Source of the DNA: Eledone cirrhosa
Taxonomy: Eukaryota
Direction: 5' to 3'
Assembly (NCBI GenBank): GCA_964016885.1
Contig: OZ024754.1
Location: 36,704,001-36,768,000 of the forward strand
Length of the DNA: 64,000 nucleotides
How positions within the stretch are numbered: the first letter of the stretch is position 1; each line of letters begins with the position of its first letter. Below, one piece after another: positions 30,563 to 43,512 of the stretch. Made by a program: the position numbers and the translations under genes. Under the pieces are notes generated by a model. That model worked only from the letters and a program-made list of their open reading frames with translations. It made no database searches and had not been told where the DNA came from.

Positions 30563-30590
30563 GCTGCTGATGCTGCTGCTGCTGTAACTG

Positions 30591-30656
<66 letters not shown>

Positions 30657-32008
30657 TTACTTTAATCCTTATTACTAGTATAAGACTGAATACGTTTTCA
30701 TTATGTTTGTATATATAATGACATGCTGAAATGTATAGAAATATATGTTTGTGGTTGTGTGTGTATGTGTGCATTTGTCTATGAGTATGTAGGTATGTAT
30801 GCATTTACGTATGTATATATGTGTGTATGTGTGAGTGTATGTGTTTTCCTTCTATGTATACGCCTGTGTATTACACCCTGTCTGACAATTCTTCACCGCT
30901 TGACACACTAAACATATGTACTGAATGTGTGTGTCTGTGTGTATGTGTGTCTGCGTCTGCGTGTGTGTGTGTGTGTGTGTCTGTGTATGTCTACGTGTGT
31001 ATGTTGTCTGCGTGTGTGTCTGTGTATGTGTGTGTGTCTGCGAGTGTGTGTGTGCGTGTGTGTATGTGAGTGTGCGTGTATGTGTATGACCGTGTGTGTG
31101 TGTGTGTAACATGAACGCATGTTTCACTTAATCTGTGATTGCATTTAAAGACCAATGCTTCCCGATATTTCCTCCAGAAATTCTACGCAATCACAATTGT
31201 CCCACACAAGTAAATGTACACCATTTAGCGTTCTTGACAGCCATTTTTACCAGTTTATAAATGGCTGTTGTTGGATTAAGATTAATAATCTTCACAACTA
31301 ATATTCCAGGCGTTTGTGGCAATTTCTCTGGAATTCTCTATTCCTAAATTGGAAAATATTCTTAATCTAATTATTGCTTTATTGGAGGAAAAAAATAAAA
31401 ATTGAATACAAAAACAAAATGGTGGGAGAAATAGCAAGAAGAAATGTGGATAGCTAAGGGAGATAATTAGTGGTGTAATTTAGTTATATGAGTGAAGCAA
31501 GTTTTGTATACAAACGTCTTAGACGCTATTGGACACAATAATTTATACATTTTGTTGTAGTTATTGCTATAGTCATTGTTGTAGGTGGCGGTGGTGATGA
31601 TAATGGTGGTGGTGGTGCTGCTGGTGTTGATGGTGGTGGCAGGGGTAGTGTGATGGTGGTGGTGATGGTGATGATGATAATGGTGGTGGTGCTGTTAGTG
31701 TTGGTGGTATACATATATGGAGAGAGAGTGAGAGAGAGAGGAGGGAGAGTGTGTATATGTATGTGTATACGTCTGCATGTGTTGTTCTATGTATATGTAT
31801 TTGTGCAACTGCATATTTACGTGAGTAAGACCCTATCCCATTCTATGTCCACGGGGGGTCACATTTTTTTCATTCCTTTTTTTGTCATTCCGATAAACAA
31901 CGTGCATCCATGTTGTAAATTTAATGGACATCTTAACTAGCTAGGATATATATATATATGTGTGTGTATGTATATATATATATATATGTGTGTGCGTGTG
32001 TGTGTATG

Positions 32009-32039
<31 letters not shown>

Positions 32040-32042
32040 ATG

Positions 32043-32073
<31 letters not shown>

Positions 32074-32120
32074 ATGTATATATATATATATGTGTGTGTG
32101 TGTGTATGTATATATATATA

Positions 32121-32171
<51 letters not shown>

Positions 32172-32218
32172 AAGTATTTATATATGGGATCTTGTCAATC
32201 GACTGTCGACTGTCGATC

Positions 32219-32296
<78 letters not shown>

Positions 32297-32302
32297 CACG
32301 GG

Positions 32303-32554
32303 TGTGTATGATTGTGTATAGAAGATTATATTAATAAAAGGAATTCCAACTTTGTCTGATTTACTCGTTTTATTTACAATCCTTTAAAAATGATAATGGT
32401 ATTAGAATGAAATAGTATGGTAGAATATTAAATGTTAAGTGTTAATTGAACAAGTACTTTCCTGCTTTCGCAATCTTCAGGTTCATATTCTGTGGTGACA
32501 GTCAAGTTTGTAATTTTCAACTGTGTTGGAAATTACAAACTTGACTGTCACCAC
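32303..32554 (-). mobile_element. Family D hammerhead element with terminal 30-bp fold-back (32492-32554)
   Basis: Near-identical to 52433-52928. Hairpin GTGGTGACAGTCAAGTTTGTAATT.../...AATTACAAACTTGACTGTCACCAC. Confidence 0.85.
32447..32485 (-). ncRNA. Minimal type I hammerhead motif (family D)
   Basis: UGAAC-CUGAAGA-U-UGC-GAAA-GCA-G-GAAA-GUAC-UU-GUUCA. Stem I 5 bp, palindromic stem III AAGUACUU. Confidence 0.8.
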
Positions 32555-33302
32555 GTAAAATAAGAAAATTATAATAATTAACTTACTTACTTAAGTTTCA
32601 CTCCAACTAATTAGTTTCTGAAAGGGGATATATATAGTGTTCAAAACCATTTTACGTCTTTCATATAATTGTTCTACATTTTTGTATTGAACCACAAAGT
32701 TACTAAGACAAAATCTATATCTTGCTAGCATAAGTATACTTCTGTATAAATATGTTGGTAGATATACTAATTCTTTATAATTATCTCCAAATTATTTGTT
32801 GAGCAAAAATTTGCCTGAATTACTGCTATGATTCATAGTAATATTTTGTCTACTGCCTTTTTAACACCCTACTCCTCACTGATTAACCTCGATGTCACGT
32901 GATTGATTCTTTTGAATTTGCCACTGACCGGGAAAGTAGTGAAATTTTCAGTATCTTGAAATTTAGTCCGCGCTTGCTTCTTTTCCATTCACTGAATTAT
33001 TTTTGTTTGAGATCCCTGTGTCCGCCTATCGCCAGGGATCTTAGCAGAGAATTGACTCCCTGATGAAGAAAGGAATTCTCCATGGTTTTGAACACTATGT
33101 ATATCCCCTTTCAGAAACTAATTAGTTGGAGTGAAACTTAAGTAAGTAAGTTAATTATTATAATTTTCTTATTTTACGTCTTTCATATAATTGTTCTACA
33201 TTATTGAACCACAGTATTGAACCACAAAGTTACTAAGACAAAACCTATATCTTGCTAGCCTAAGTATACTTCTGTATAAATATGTTGGTAGATATACTAA
33301 TT

Positions 33303-33306
<4 letters not shown>
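32555..33306 (+). mobile_element. Family E retrozyme-like element: 522-bp unit plus partial repeat, inverted 5' segment
   Basis: TTTACGTCTTTCATAT at 32651 and 33173 (522-bp period). 32555-32650 is the reverse complement of ~33082-33177. The 3' end runs into (TA)n. Confidence 0.85.
33055..33132 (+). ncRNA. Type I hammerhead motif (family E)
   Basis: ACUCC-CUGAUGA-a-GAAAGG...CCUUUC-a-GAAA-CUAAUUAG-UU-GGAGU. Palindromic stem III AACUAAUUAGUU, GUU site. Confidence 0.85.
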
Positions 33307-33330
<24 letters not shown>

Positions 33331-33333
<3 letters not shown>

Positions 33334-33517
33334 GGAACAAGTGAGACCCCGACGGCTGAGCTCAAGCCGTTTCGACGGTTAATTCTGAATTAGCCGTCGA
33401 AACGGCTTGAGCTCAGCCGTCGGGGTCTCACTTGTTCCTATTACCCACTCTACTACCCTAAGTATTGAGTACTTTGGTGCGTTATGGTCCACCTGGTTCC
33501 TTACCACATTTCCTTCG

Positions 33518-33520
<3 letters not shown>
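33331..33520 (+). mobile_element. Family H fold-back element (55-bp arms, 1-nt loop) carrying the 3' half of a hammerhead
   Basis: Inverted repeat 33331-33441. GACGGTTAATTC-T-GAATTAGCCGTC-GAAA-CGGCT-TGAGCTC-AGCCG-TC-GGGG. 3' end TTCGTTA(TA)n. Confidence 0.85.
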
Positions 33521-33573
<53 letters not shown>

Positions 33574-34072
33574 GCTGGAACATTTTAATTTAAAGTGCAA
33601 TCTTATACAATGGGAGATTTTCTTTCATAGTACCCGAGGCAATTTTGGTTGGTTGTTATCATATCAAAATAGTTAACTAAAAAAAAAATAATCAAACACA
33701 AGTTGGCAACATAAACCATTTGATACAGTGGACAAAATCATAGGACAGAGTCCATTTTATTTAAGCTAACTTACTTTCGAGAATTAAAAAGAAATTTCTA
33801 GAGAACACCTTCTGGCGACCATAAATTCCGATTTCGGTTCTCATTCAGATGCCGGTGATTAATTTCCTTCAATGCAATGCATGAAAGAATATCTCATCTT
33901 CATTTTATCGTTTATTCATTTATATAGTTATTTTATTAAGAGTTTCTTATTCATTTTTATTCTCTTTCTCTACTTCTTCCTTGATCCCATCCCTTCTTTC
34001 ACTACTTTATTCTTTCTTTCTTCCTTTCTTTCTTTCTTTTAAAGATAGATTTTTTTTGTTTTGTTTTACGCG

Positions 34073-34119
<47 letters not shown>

Positions 34120-34205
34120 ATTGTTGTTTTTTCTTTCGCCTCCTCTTTTCCTCACTTTCTAGACCTCTACCTATCTATCTATCACTATCTATATCTCTAT
34201 TTTCC

Positions 34206-34285
<80 letters not shown>

Positions 34286-34596
34286 ATGTATGTATATTTA
34301 TGTATATATATATATTTATGTATATATATATATATATATACACACACAGATCTTTGTCTGGCTGTCTTTCTTTATCTATCTATTTAACACTCCCCTTCTC
34401 TCTCCCACTCTCCCTCCTCCTCTTTATCCATCTATTAACCCCCCCCCTCTCTCTCTATCTATCTATCTATCTATCTCCCTCTCTCTCTGTCTCTCCTCGT
34501 TCCCCATCCATATATTTTCAACTTCTCTCTACTCAAACAATTCAATAGTTTCAGGGAGGTGGATCTTTCTTACTTCCCTTCCTTTATTCTTTTAGT

Positions 34597-34995
34597 TGCC
34601 GTCGATTGGCAGTATCGGTAGAGCGTCAGACGCCATGCTTTGCAGCATAGAGTTACGTCCCTTTACGTTCTGAGTTCAAATCCCGCCGAGGTTAACTTTG
34701 CCTTTCATCCTTACGGTTTCGATAAAATAAAGTACCAGTCACACACTGGGGTCGATTTAATCGACTTTCGCCTCCCCCAAAATTGCTGGCCTTGTGCCTG
34801 CATAAGAAACCATTATTTTAGGTGCCGTGGATTGGCAGTATCGGTAGATGGTCGGACGCCATGGTCCCTTTATGGTCTGAGTTCAAATTCAGCCGAGGTT
34901 AACTTTGCCTTTCATCCTTACGGTGTCGATAAAATAAAGTACCAGTAATGCACTGGGTAATTGCTGGCCTTGTGCCAAATATAGAAACAATTATT
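34597..34995 (+). mobile_element. Two tandem SINE-A copies
   Basis: 34597-34816 (longer 3' variant) and 34822-34995. Confidence 0.9.
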
Positions 34996-35249
34996 TTAAT
35001 TGCCGTCGGGTTTTTTCTTTCTTTCATTGTTCTCATTCTTTAATTATTTCCCTTTCTTCCTTCTTTTCTTTCCCCCTTCCTTTCATTCTTACCACATTTT
35101 TTTTCTTTTCAAATTTATTTTCAATCTCTTTCACATTCCTTCGTTATTCTTTCGTTTGTCTTTCATTCAGTAATTCGTTCATTTTCTTATCTGTCTTCGT
35201 TCATTTCATTTCAGTTATTCCTACATTAAATATCCTTCCTTTGTGGACA

Positions 35250-35980
35250 TACAATGATTGAACAAAGAAGTTTACTTCTCAATCATTAGGTCCCGGGTTC
35301 AATCCCATTGCGTGGCATCTTGGGCAGGTCTCATTTATCATAGCCTTCAAGTCGACCTATGCCTGGTAGACGAGGACTATGTGAATGCCCATTGGGTGAG
35401 TTGTATTTGTAATTCAAGGCACCAGGCATGTTTCGCACACTGACACACTGAATCTTTCTGACAATTACGTTATGAGCACACGTGACTGTGGAATGCTCAG
35501 CCACTTATAGGCTAATATCATAAGCAGGCTGTTCAGTTGATTGAGTAACTGGAACACTCATCGTCAGAAACGATAGAGATCCATTCCATTCATCCTTTAT
35601 CTATTTCACGTTAATTTAAAGTTGTGAAGGAGCCTGGATTAGTGGTTACAGTGTTCGGCTCACGGTCGTGAGTTCGATTCCCAGCAGCACGTTGTATCAT
35701 TGAGCAAGACACTTCATTACACCTACTCCAGCTCACTCAGCTGGCAAAAATGATTTGTACTTGTCATTCAAATGACCAGGCTTGTTATATATTGTGTTAC
35801 GCTGAATCTTCCTGAGAATTAGATTAAGGTACACGTGCTTGTAGAATGGGCAGCCTCTTGTACATTAAATTCACGTCCTGACTTTCCTTATTTGAAACCA
35901 CAGGAACAGACATTAATTTTACAAGATGGTTGTTTCGTTGATCGAATAACTGTAACAATCATCGCCGAAAACGATGGAGG
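35250..35980 (+). mobile_element. Degenerate SINE-B-related copies
   Basis: B-boxes GGTTCAATCCC (~35296) and GAGTTCGATTCC (~35670), TTGAGCAAGACACTT, and a shared 3' domain. Confidence 0.55.
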
Positions 35981-36099
35981 TCCGCTGAATTATTCCTTAA
36001 TTTAAGGAGCTGACTTATGAAATTGTGTGTAACAGGTGGAGAACAATAGATGGCGCGTCTTCACATACATATATAAATCAATAGTCAATCAAAGTAAAG

Positions 36100-36345
36100 T
36101 TGTTGGACCATCGGATAGAGTACCTTGCGGTATTTGTTGCGACTCCCTTCCCTCTGAGTGTAAATCCTGCTGAGATCAACTTTGCTTTTCATCCTTTTGA
36201 GGTCGATCAAAAAAGTACCAGTTTAATACTGGTGTCGATTCTTCTTCTATGTCTCTTTCTCACTTCGACTCTCCCACTTTCTGTCATTTTCTGGAAGAAA
36301 TCTGCAGTGATCAGATCTGGTGAAGGATGGGCTCCGCCAGTTTTA
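36100..36345 (+). mobile_element. Old SINE-A-type copy with the same 3' tail as 1430-1570
   Basis: Colinear similarity through ATGGGCTCCGCCAG. Confidence 0.65.
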
Positions 36346-36445
36346 TAAATTGACCAATAAATGCCGTATGCCACTACGGCACTCCTACGAATCCAGTTAT
36401 GGGACGATGCCATATCATACCAATCAATCAAGATCCCGTAATGGA

Positions 36446-36600
36446 TGAAGGCGCATGGCTTAGTGGTTAGAGCATTGGGCTTGCAATCGAAAGGTTGTGA
36501 ATTCAATTCTCGGACAGGGTGATGTGTTGTTTCCTTGAGCAAGACACTTTATTTCACATTGCTCCAGTTTACACAGCTGTAGAAATGAGATGATAGGACT
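36446..36600 (+). mobile_element. SINE family B 5' half
   Basis: TGGCTTAGTGG A-box and CCTTGAGCAAGACACTTTATTTCAC. Confidence 0.8.
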
Positions 36601-38627
36601 GGGGTCCCTATCATTAAAATTACCCAAGACACCTCCAACGAGATATACCTTGGAGGAGGCCAGATAAACCTGCATAGGTGTCACACACAACAGGTGCAGC
36701 CAGTCACTGGGGTGCCACATTAGATGTTTGACTGTGAATCCATCAGAACATTTCAAAGGACCTTAGAAATGCTTAGCAGTGTTTTCTCCTCTCCAAGATA
36801 AATATGTAAGCTTGTGCTTTTAAGTAAGAAATATTTACCAAACTATATGGGGGCTCAGCACTGCTTACAGCCCAATTTATTCTAAATTTGTGAGTAGTAC
36901 CGGGAAATTTGAGGGAGATTTGACTGTTATTTCTTGTTATTTCCTGCAGATGTATCTACTACATATAAACTTGTTTTATTTGCAGTAACATACAGTAGTT
37001 CATTATATCAACTATTCCACCGCCCCAATAGAAAGACAGTGGTTGTACTAAGACAAAATAAATAGCTATTATGTTACCTTTGTGTCTGAAGAAGAAATCA
37101 TTATAACCATTTAAGATCATTCTCTTCATCACCACCACCATCATCATCATTATTGTCATCAATATAGTCGTTTGTCATTATCGTCGTTGTCGTCATCATC
37201 AATATCATTATCATCATCCACATTATCATTATCATTATCATCATTATTATCATCATCATCATTACCGCCAACATCAACACCGTAATCTCGTCCTCATTCT
37301 CATTAACATCATCTTAATGTCCTCAAAATGTGGTTGTTGTTGTTATTATTGTCTTTCGTACTTATTTTTTCTGTTAGTGTTTTCTATGTTCTTTGATTAG
37401 TTTCCTACGTCATCAAATGTGAAAATATATTGGCTATAAAGCAGTTTACTAAATAAAAGGCTTTCAATCAAACATGGCTGCTAAGCAACGCTGTTTAGTG
37501 TCGTCTGCTGAAACATGGTTTCAGTTGTTGACCGAGAGAAAAATAAATGAATAAGATTACTTTGCTTTATCTTGGCTTATCATTTGCATTAATTTTTTTT
37601 TATGATTTACGTGTGTATTGTTTGGTTTTTAAGGCTTAGTTTAAATCGTTCGAACCACGCTGATAACCAATAAAGACTAAACCCGACAACCCCGACCCGA
37701 AATACTGATTTCTACATCTTTACAGTCGGCAATGATTTTCTATCAATCGACAAAAACCAAATGATAAAATCACAGCCATTAAAACTATGAGCATCTTTCT
37801 AAGAAATGAATAGTTTTAGAAAAAAAGTCAAACGGTTGGAAAGCTGTGATCCTAGAGTGTGGAAACCTTGAATAGAACGTGTATCCGGATGATTTAAACT
37901 GTGTGGTGTGTACTGTGGTTAGATATAACTGGAAACTCTGTTATAAGAACGTACGCAAAGTTATCTGAGATGCTGTCATTTGATAAGACCACTTCAGAAA
38001 CTAGAAAACATAAAATTAAATCGATGATAATACAAGAGAAATAGACGTACGGAACAAAGAAAGCTCTTCTTCTCTCCTTACTCACTCCCACTTTTGTCAT
38101 GGCGATATGGATTATATACCAATGGCTAACTGACCATGGGGTTGCCTCTCTGAGGTATAGATCTGGGCAGAATGTTTTGTGGAAGACAAACAGTCGCCCG
38201 TGTATGCCAGTTACCCCTCTTCATGCCATCGATTTAGCCAAAGAAAAAAGCAAAAACTGATACAGTTTATCACCTATGTACGTCGTATGGATTGTATCTG
38301 CATTTCAAAGGGTCGGGCAAGTCGCAAACTATCATGCCGAATCTCCCTGAGAATTACATTCAGAATACACGTGGCTGTTGAATGTTCAACCAATTGCACG
38401 TTAACTGTTCCGTTGATCGAAAACTGGAACACTCATCATCGAAACCGAGGAAAGTCCCTTACATCTAGATGTTACAAAACAATTTAGGCACCAGGTTGGT
38501 ACTTTATTTTATCGACCCAGGGAGGGTGAATGACAAAGTCGACTTTGGTGGAGTTCGAAACTAGAACGAAAAGAGTAGGCACTTAAGGCACTTTTCTGAC
38601 GATCTACCGATTACAAATATATATATA

Positions 38628-38702
38628 TAACAGAGAGGGTGTGGTAAGATACCAGGTGGACCAGAACGCATCAGAGTACTCGATATGTGGGGTAGTAGAG
38701 TG
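38628..38702 (-). mobile_element. Family H 3' fragment
   Basis: Reverse complement of the family tail, abutting (TA)n. Confidence 0.65.
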
Positions 38703-39101
38703 AGGTCCTGAATCGTTTGTTTACCAGCATATCATGAACAAAAATTATACCTTTTCTATGTACTTTGTCCGAAGAGGACATGTTTTGCTATGTTATACAT
38801 AAAACTTTGCATCTTCGAAATATATATAATAAAGTAAATAGAGATGATATAAAGTATATATCAGTCGTTCATCACTATTATTATTATTATGGTCAGGGTC
38901 ACTGTAGCTTTTTAATGGGCTTTCTCCACGAATGTCCCTTGGAAGTCTCCCCCCTATTGGGGAATTTTTCATTGTTATTTTTTTGTTACATCTTCTGTTT
39001 TTGTTTTTTACACGCAGAAATGCCCATTTGTACAGTCCTGTATTGTCCTGTATTGTCCTTAATGTCTACTTTATGTAAACCCTTGTGGTTAATAAAGAAA
39101 G

Positions 39102-39141
<40 letters not shown>

Positions 39142-39157
39142 TTATATTATTATATAA

Positions 39158-39345
39158 GGGCAGTGAATTGGCAGTATCGGTAGAGGGTTGGACGCCATGC
39201 TTTCTAGCATAGTTACGTCCCTTTACGGTCTGAGTTCAAATCCCGCCGAGGTTAACTTTGCCTTTCATCCTTACGGGGTCGATAAAATAAAGTACCAGTA
39301 ATGCACTGGATAATTACTGGCCTTATGCCAAAAGTAGAAATAATT
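39158..39345 (+). mobile_element. SINE family A
   Basis: Full copy. Confidence 0.92.
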
Positions 39346-39583
39346 ATTATTATTATATATATAGAGAGAGAGAGAGATAGAGATGTGAGAAAAACCACAA
39401 ACCCTCCATCTCAACTCTACTTTTGAAAAGCAGAAGAACTGCGAAACCGGTAAAGGAACCAAATAAATATATATTTTTTTTTAAATAAGACTCCAGTTGT
39501 ATTTTCGATTTCATCTTTTTTTCTTTATACTTTCATTCGTGTAGGACACCTCGGTTATTTTTCATTTTGTAAAAAAACCTCAC

Positions 39584-39674
<91 letters not shown>

Positions 39675-39719
39675 TGAAAAAGAACAAAGGAACTATTATG
39701 ACATTATAACAAGTTTATT

Positions 39720-39764
39720 GCCGACAGCCGTTTCGTCCGACCACATGGTGGGACTTATCAGAGC
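39720..39764 (-). ncRNA. Type I hammerhead motif with G8A core mutation (family F)
   Basis: GCU-CUGAUAA-GUCC-caccaugugguc-GGAC-GAAA-CGGCUG-UC-GGC, GUC site. Confidence 0.7.
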
Positions 39765-39844
39765 TTAACTAGCTACCGGCACATATTTGGTAGGTCAGAC
39801 GTGATCATCACGATTCACATACGACCTACCATACATCTTACTTA

Positions 39845-39911
<67 letters not shown>

Positions 39912-40186
39912 AACAAGGGGAGAAGAATACTGCATGGTTGCACATGCATTACATATTATAAAATTAGTCCCTCATCAGTGATTTGCCAACGATCATTGGT
40001 ATTTCATCGCATTAAAAATCATATACCTCACGTTGGTGCGAGCAATAACTAAAATAAGCTATTGGGACAAGTGAAACGCGTAAAGCGAGTGAGACAAGTA
40101 AACAACATCGAAGAAAGGCTAACTATATAATATATATATATATATATACATATATATATACATATACATATACATATCATTATTAT

Positions 40187-40378
40187 GGTGGATTGGCAGT
40201 ATCGGTAGAGGGTCAGACGCTATGCTCTTGACGTATAGAGTTACGGCCCTTGCCATCCTGAGTTCAAATCCCGCCGAGGTTAACTTTGCCTTTCATCCTT
40301 ACGGGGATCGATAAAATAAAGTACCAGTAATGCACTGGGATAATTGCTGGCCTTGTGCCAAAAGTAGAAACAATTATT
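40187..40378 (+). mobile_element. SINE family A
   Basis: Full copy. Confidence 0.9.
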
Positions 40379-40519
40379 AGCAAGTACTACCACTAATACG
40401 ATATTACAAACACATAATCTACATACCCAAAACAAATGATGGAGTTCCGCTGAGTTATACAGTGAAATGATAATAACAACAACAACAGCAACGACGATGA
40501 TGATGATGATGATGGTGAT

Positions 40520-41018
40520 AAGGGTGGTGGTGGTGGTGATGGTGGTGGTAGTAGTGGTGATGGTGGTGGGGTAATGAATGAGAGGGTGGCGGTGGCAGTG
40601 GTGGTGGTGGTGGTGTTAGTAGTGGTGATGATGGTGGTGGTGGGGTAATGAATGAGAGGGTGGCGGTGGCAGTGGTGGTGGTGGTGGTGGTGGTGGTGGT
40701 GGTGGTGTTAGTAGTGGTGATGGTGGTGGTGGTGGGGTAATGAATGAGAGGGTGGCGGTGGCAGTGGTGGTGGTGGTGGTGGTGGTGGTGGTGGTGGTGG
40801 TGGTGGTGTTAGTAGTGGTGATGGTGGTGGTGGTGGGGTAATGAATGAGAGGGTGGCGGTGGCAGTGGTGGTGGTGGTGGTGGTGGTGGTGGTGTTAGTA
40901 GTGGTGATGGTGGTGGTGGTGGTGGGGTAATGAATGAGAGGGTGGCGGTGGCAGTGGCAGTGGTGGTGGTGGTGGTGGTGGTGGGGCAATGAATGAGAGG
41001 GTGGCGGTGGCAGTGGTG
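40520..41018. repeat. (GGT)n higher-order repeat
   Basis: GGGG(T/C)AATGAATGAGAGGGTGGCGGTGGCAG occurs six times between GGT runs. Confidence 0.92.
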
Positions 41019-41354
41019 GGACGTTTCGGACGTCTTTTGTGTTGTTTGCGTGACAAGAGAAAGCGGTCGGCTGCACCGCTGTGGTGCTCTGATAGAATGG
41101 TAGAGGCAGTACTCAATGTGGGGTTGTGTTGGTTTCTGCTATGTTGTGTTAGGAAGACGGACTGGGGGAAGGGGAAAGATTTGGTACCCCAGTTCCTCCC
41201 TCCCTCCCTCCCTCCCTCCCTCTCACATGCACACACAGAAGCAACGCTCTCTTTTTATGAAAGCTCGTCCATCTCTCTCTCTCTCTCTCTCTCTGTCTGT
41301 CTGTCTGTCTGTCTGTATGTCTGTCTGTCTGTATGTCTGTCTCTCCCTCTCTCA

Positions 41355-41394
<40 letters not shown>

Positions 41395-41488
41395 GTGTAT
41401 ATATATATACAGATATATGTATGTATACATATATATATACTCCTACTAGTACTATTACTACTATTGTCAAAATTCAATTGATTTTAGT

Positions 41489-41535
<47 letters not shown>

Positions 41536-41696
41536 TGTGTGTGTGTGTATGTGTTTGTGTGTGTGTGTGTATGTGTGAGTGTGTATGTGTGAGTGTGTGT
41601 GCGGATGAGAGTGTGTCTGTGAGTATGTGTGTGTGTGGGTGTGTGGGTGTGTGGGTGGGTGTGTGTGGGTGTGTGTGGGTGTGTGTGGGTGTGTGT

Positions 41697-41770
<74 letters not shown>

Positions 41771-41885
41771 GAGTGTTTTGTTCCTATTCCGAGCACATAT
41801 GCACACACGCAATCCTACATGACTATGCGCCTATACACTTTTCTTCCAATTTTCACAGATGCACGAACTTACATGCTCACATACA

Positions 41886-41917
<32 letters not shown>

Positions 41918-42262
41918 TACACATACACACACACACACACACTTTCAAACCTTCAGAATACTATTCAGATTGTCGCCTACACACATCCACACACGCCCAC
42001 ACAAATACACACACACAAACACACACATACGTCCACACACTTACACACATACGTCCACACACACACACACACATACGTCCACACACGTACACCACTCTGC
42101 AGACAATACAATGATGACAAAAATCAGATTTCGACATAAAAGGCCATAATCAAAGCGATTAGCCCGAAAAGTCCAATTCAATGATTGCAGTAATGTTTAC
42201 GACAACATATCGTCTGCTTTTAAGCAATTAATTCCGGCTGTGTAATAGATTGCATAAAAGAA

Positions 42263-42340
42263 AAGATGGCTACTTCACCGGAATTAACGACTGAGCTGCT
42301 TCCTATTGGCTGTGACAGACCACGCAATCGGGTCATGTGG
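42263..42340. promoter_or_regulatory. Candidate promoter/enhancer motif cluster
   Basis: AAGATGGC (YY1/PHO-like), ATTGGCTG (reverse CCAAT) and GGTCATGTGG (E-box) within 80 bp of non-repetitive sequence. Confidence 0.3.
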
Positions 42341-42700
42341 TACATTATTATTGTTATTAGCTTGGATAAAAATAATTGTTCTCTATATAAGCTGGAGTGT
42401 AAGGGATTTTTTTGCTCTCTTTTATCTGAATGGAAACGGAATGTTGTGACGTTCATGCCTTAGCGTTAAGAAGAATGACAAAAGCATATAGAGATATATT
42501 TTGTAGTTGACTAATTCATGTATAACTCATTGGATATAACATATAACTGGTATCAATTTGTAGTTTAACAAGTAAACATTAACCAGAAATAATAAAGCAA
42601 ACGACACTTTACAAAAGGTAACCAGAAACAACACAGCACACGATACAGTACAATGAAGAAATATATTAGTTTAATGCATGAAATAATATGAAAAGACTGT

Positions 42701-42730
42701 TAACGTTTTGGACACTAGTCCTTCATCAGA
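42701..42730 (-). ncRNA. Degenerate family C hammerhead (G12A)
   Basis: CUGAUGA-A-GGAC-UAGU-GUCC-AAAA-CGUU. Flank is homologous to 21105-21230. Confidence 0.55.
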
Positions 42731-42879
42731 AAATAGAATGTGAAATAAAAGATGAAATAAAGAGAAAAGGAGTAAGAAGAGAAAGAACGGAAAAGAAATT
42801 AAGAAAAAAAAATAAAACAAAACAAATGTGCATATTCAGTCAGCCATTTTGGAATTTAGCATGTATCTGTTTGTATCTG

Positions 42880-42940
<61 letters not shown>

Positions 42941-43417
42941 CTCTCTCTCCTCATACACAAGCATACATACATACACACATATACACACGCACACACACAT
43001 ACATACATATATACATTGTAAACCCCCACTGTCCCTGTCTTTGTATTGTCCCATATATGTCGGTCTTTGTGGTCAATAAATGACACCATTATTATTATTA
43101 CTGTTGTTGTTGTTGTTGTTAATCTTGTGCACTTATATGTAATATTTTCAATGACAGTATTTTGTCTTAATATATATTTTCCTTTTTCTTTCATTACGAC
43201 TGAGAATGTAACAAAACTAATTACATTAAATCACATCAAATTATGTGAAATTACATCAAATTCTTGTTGTCTTTTCATTTCTCTTATTTCAACAAATGGA
43301 GGAATTGTTGCAAACGTTGTTCTGTTGAAAGGAAATGTTGTGGCGACGGGAAACAGTGTAATTATTAATATTACAATATGGCGACTCATTGAAAAAAAAT
43401 GAACATGTCCAAACTAT

Positions 43418-43503
<86 letters not shown>

Positions 43504-43512
43504 GTATATAAT

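Noticed and set aside
39907-40125. Minus-strand CTGATGA at ~39972-39978 (related copy at 14798-14875) and plus-strand GAAACGCGT at ~40073
   Set aside because: The two halves are on opposite strands and no complete core can be built. It is a dispersed repeat of unknown type.
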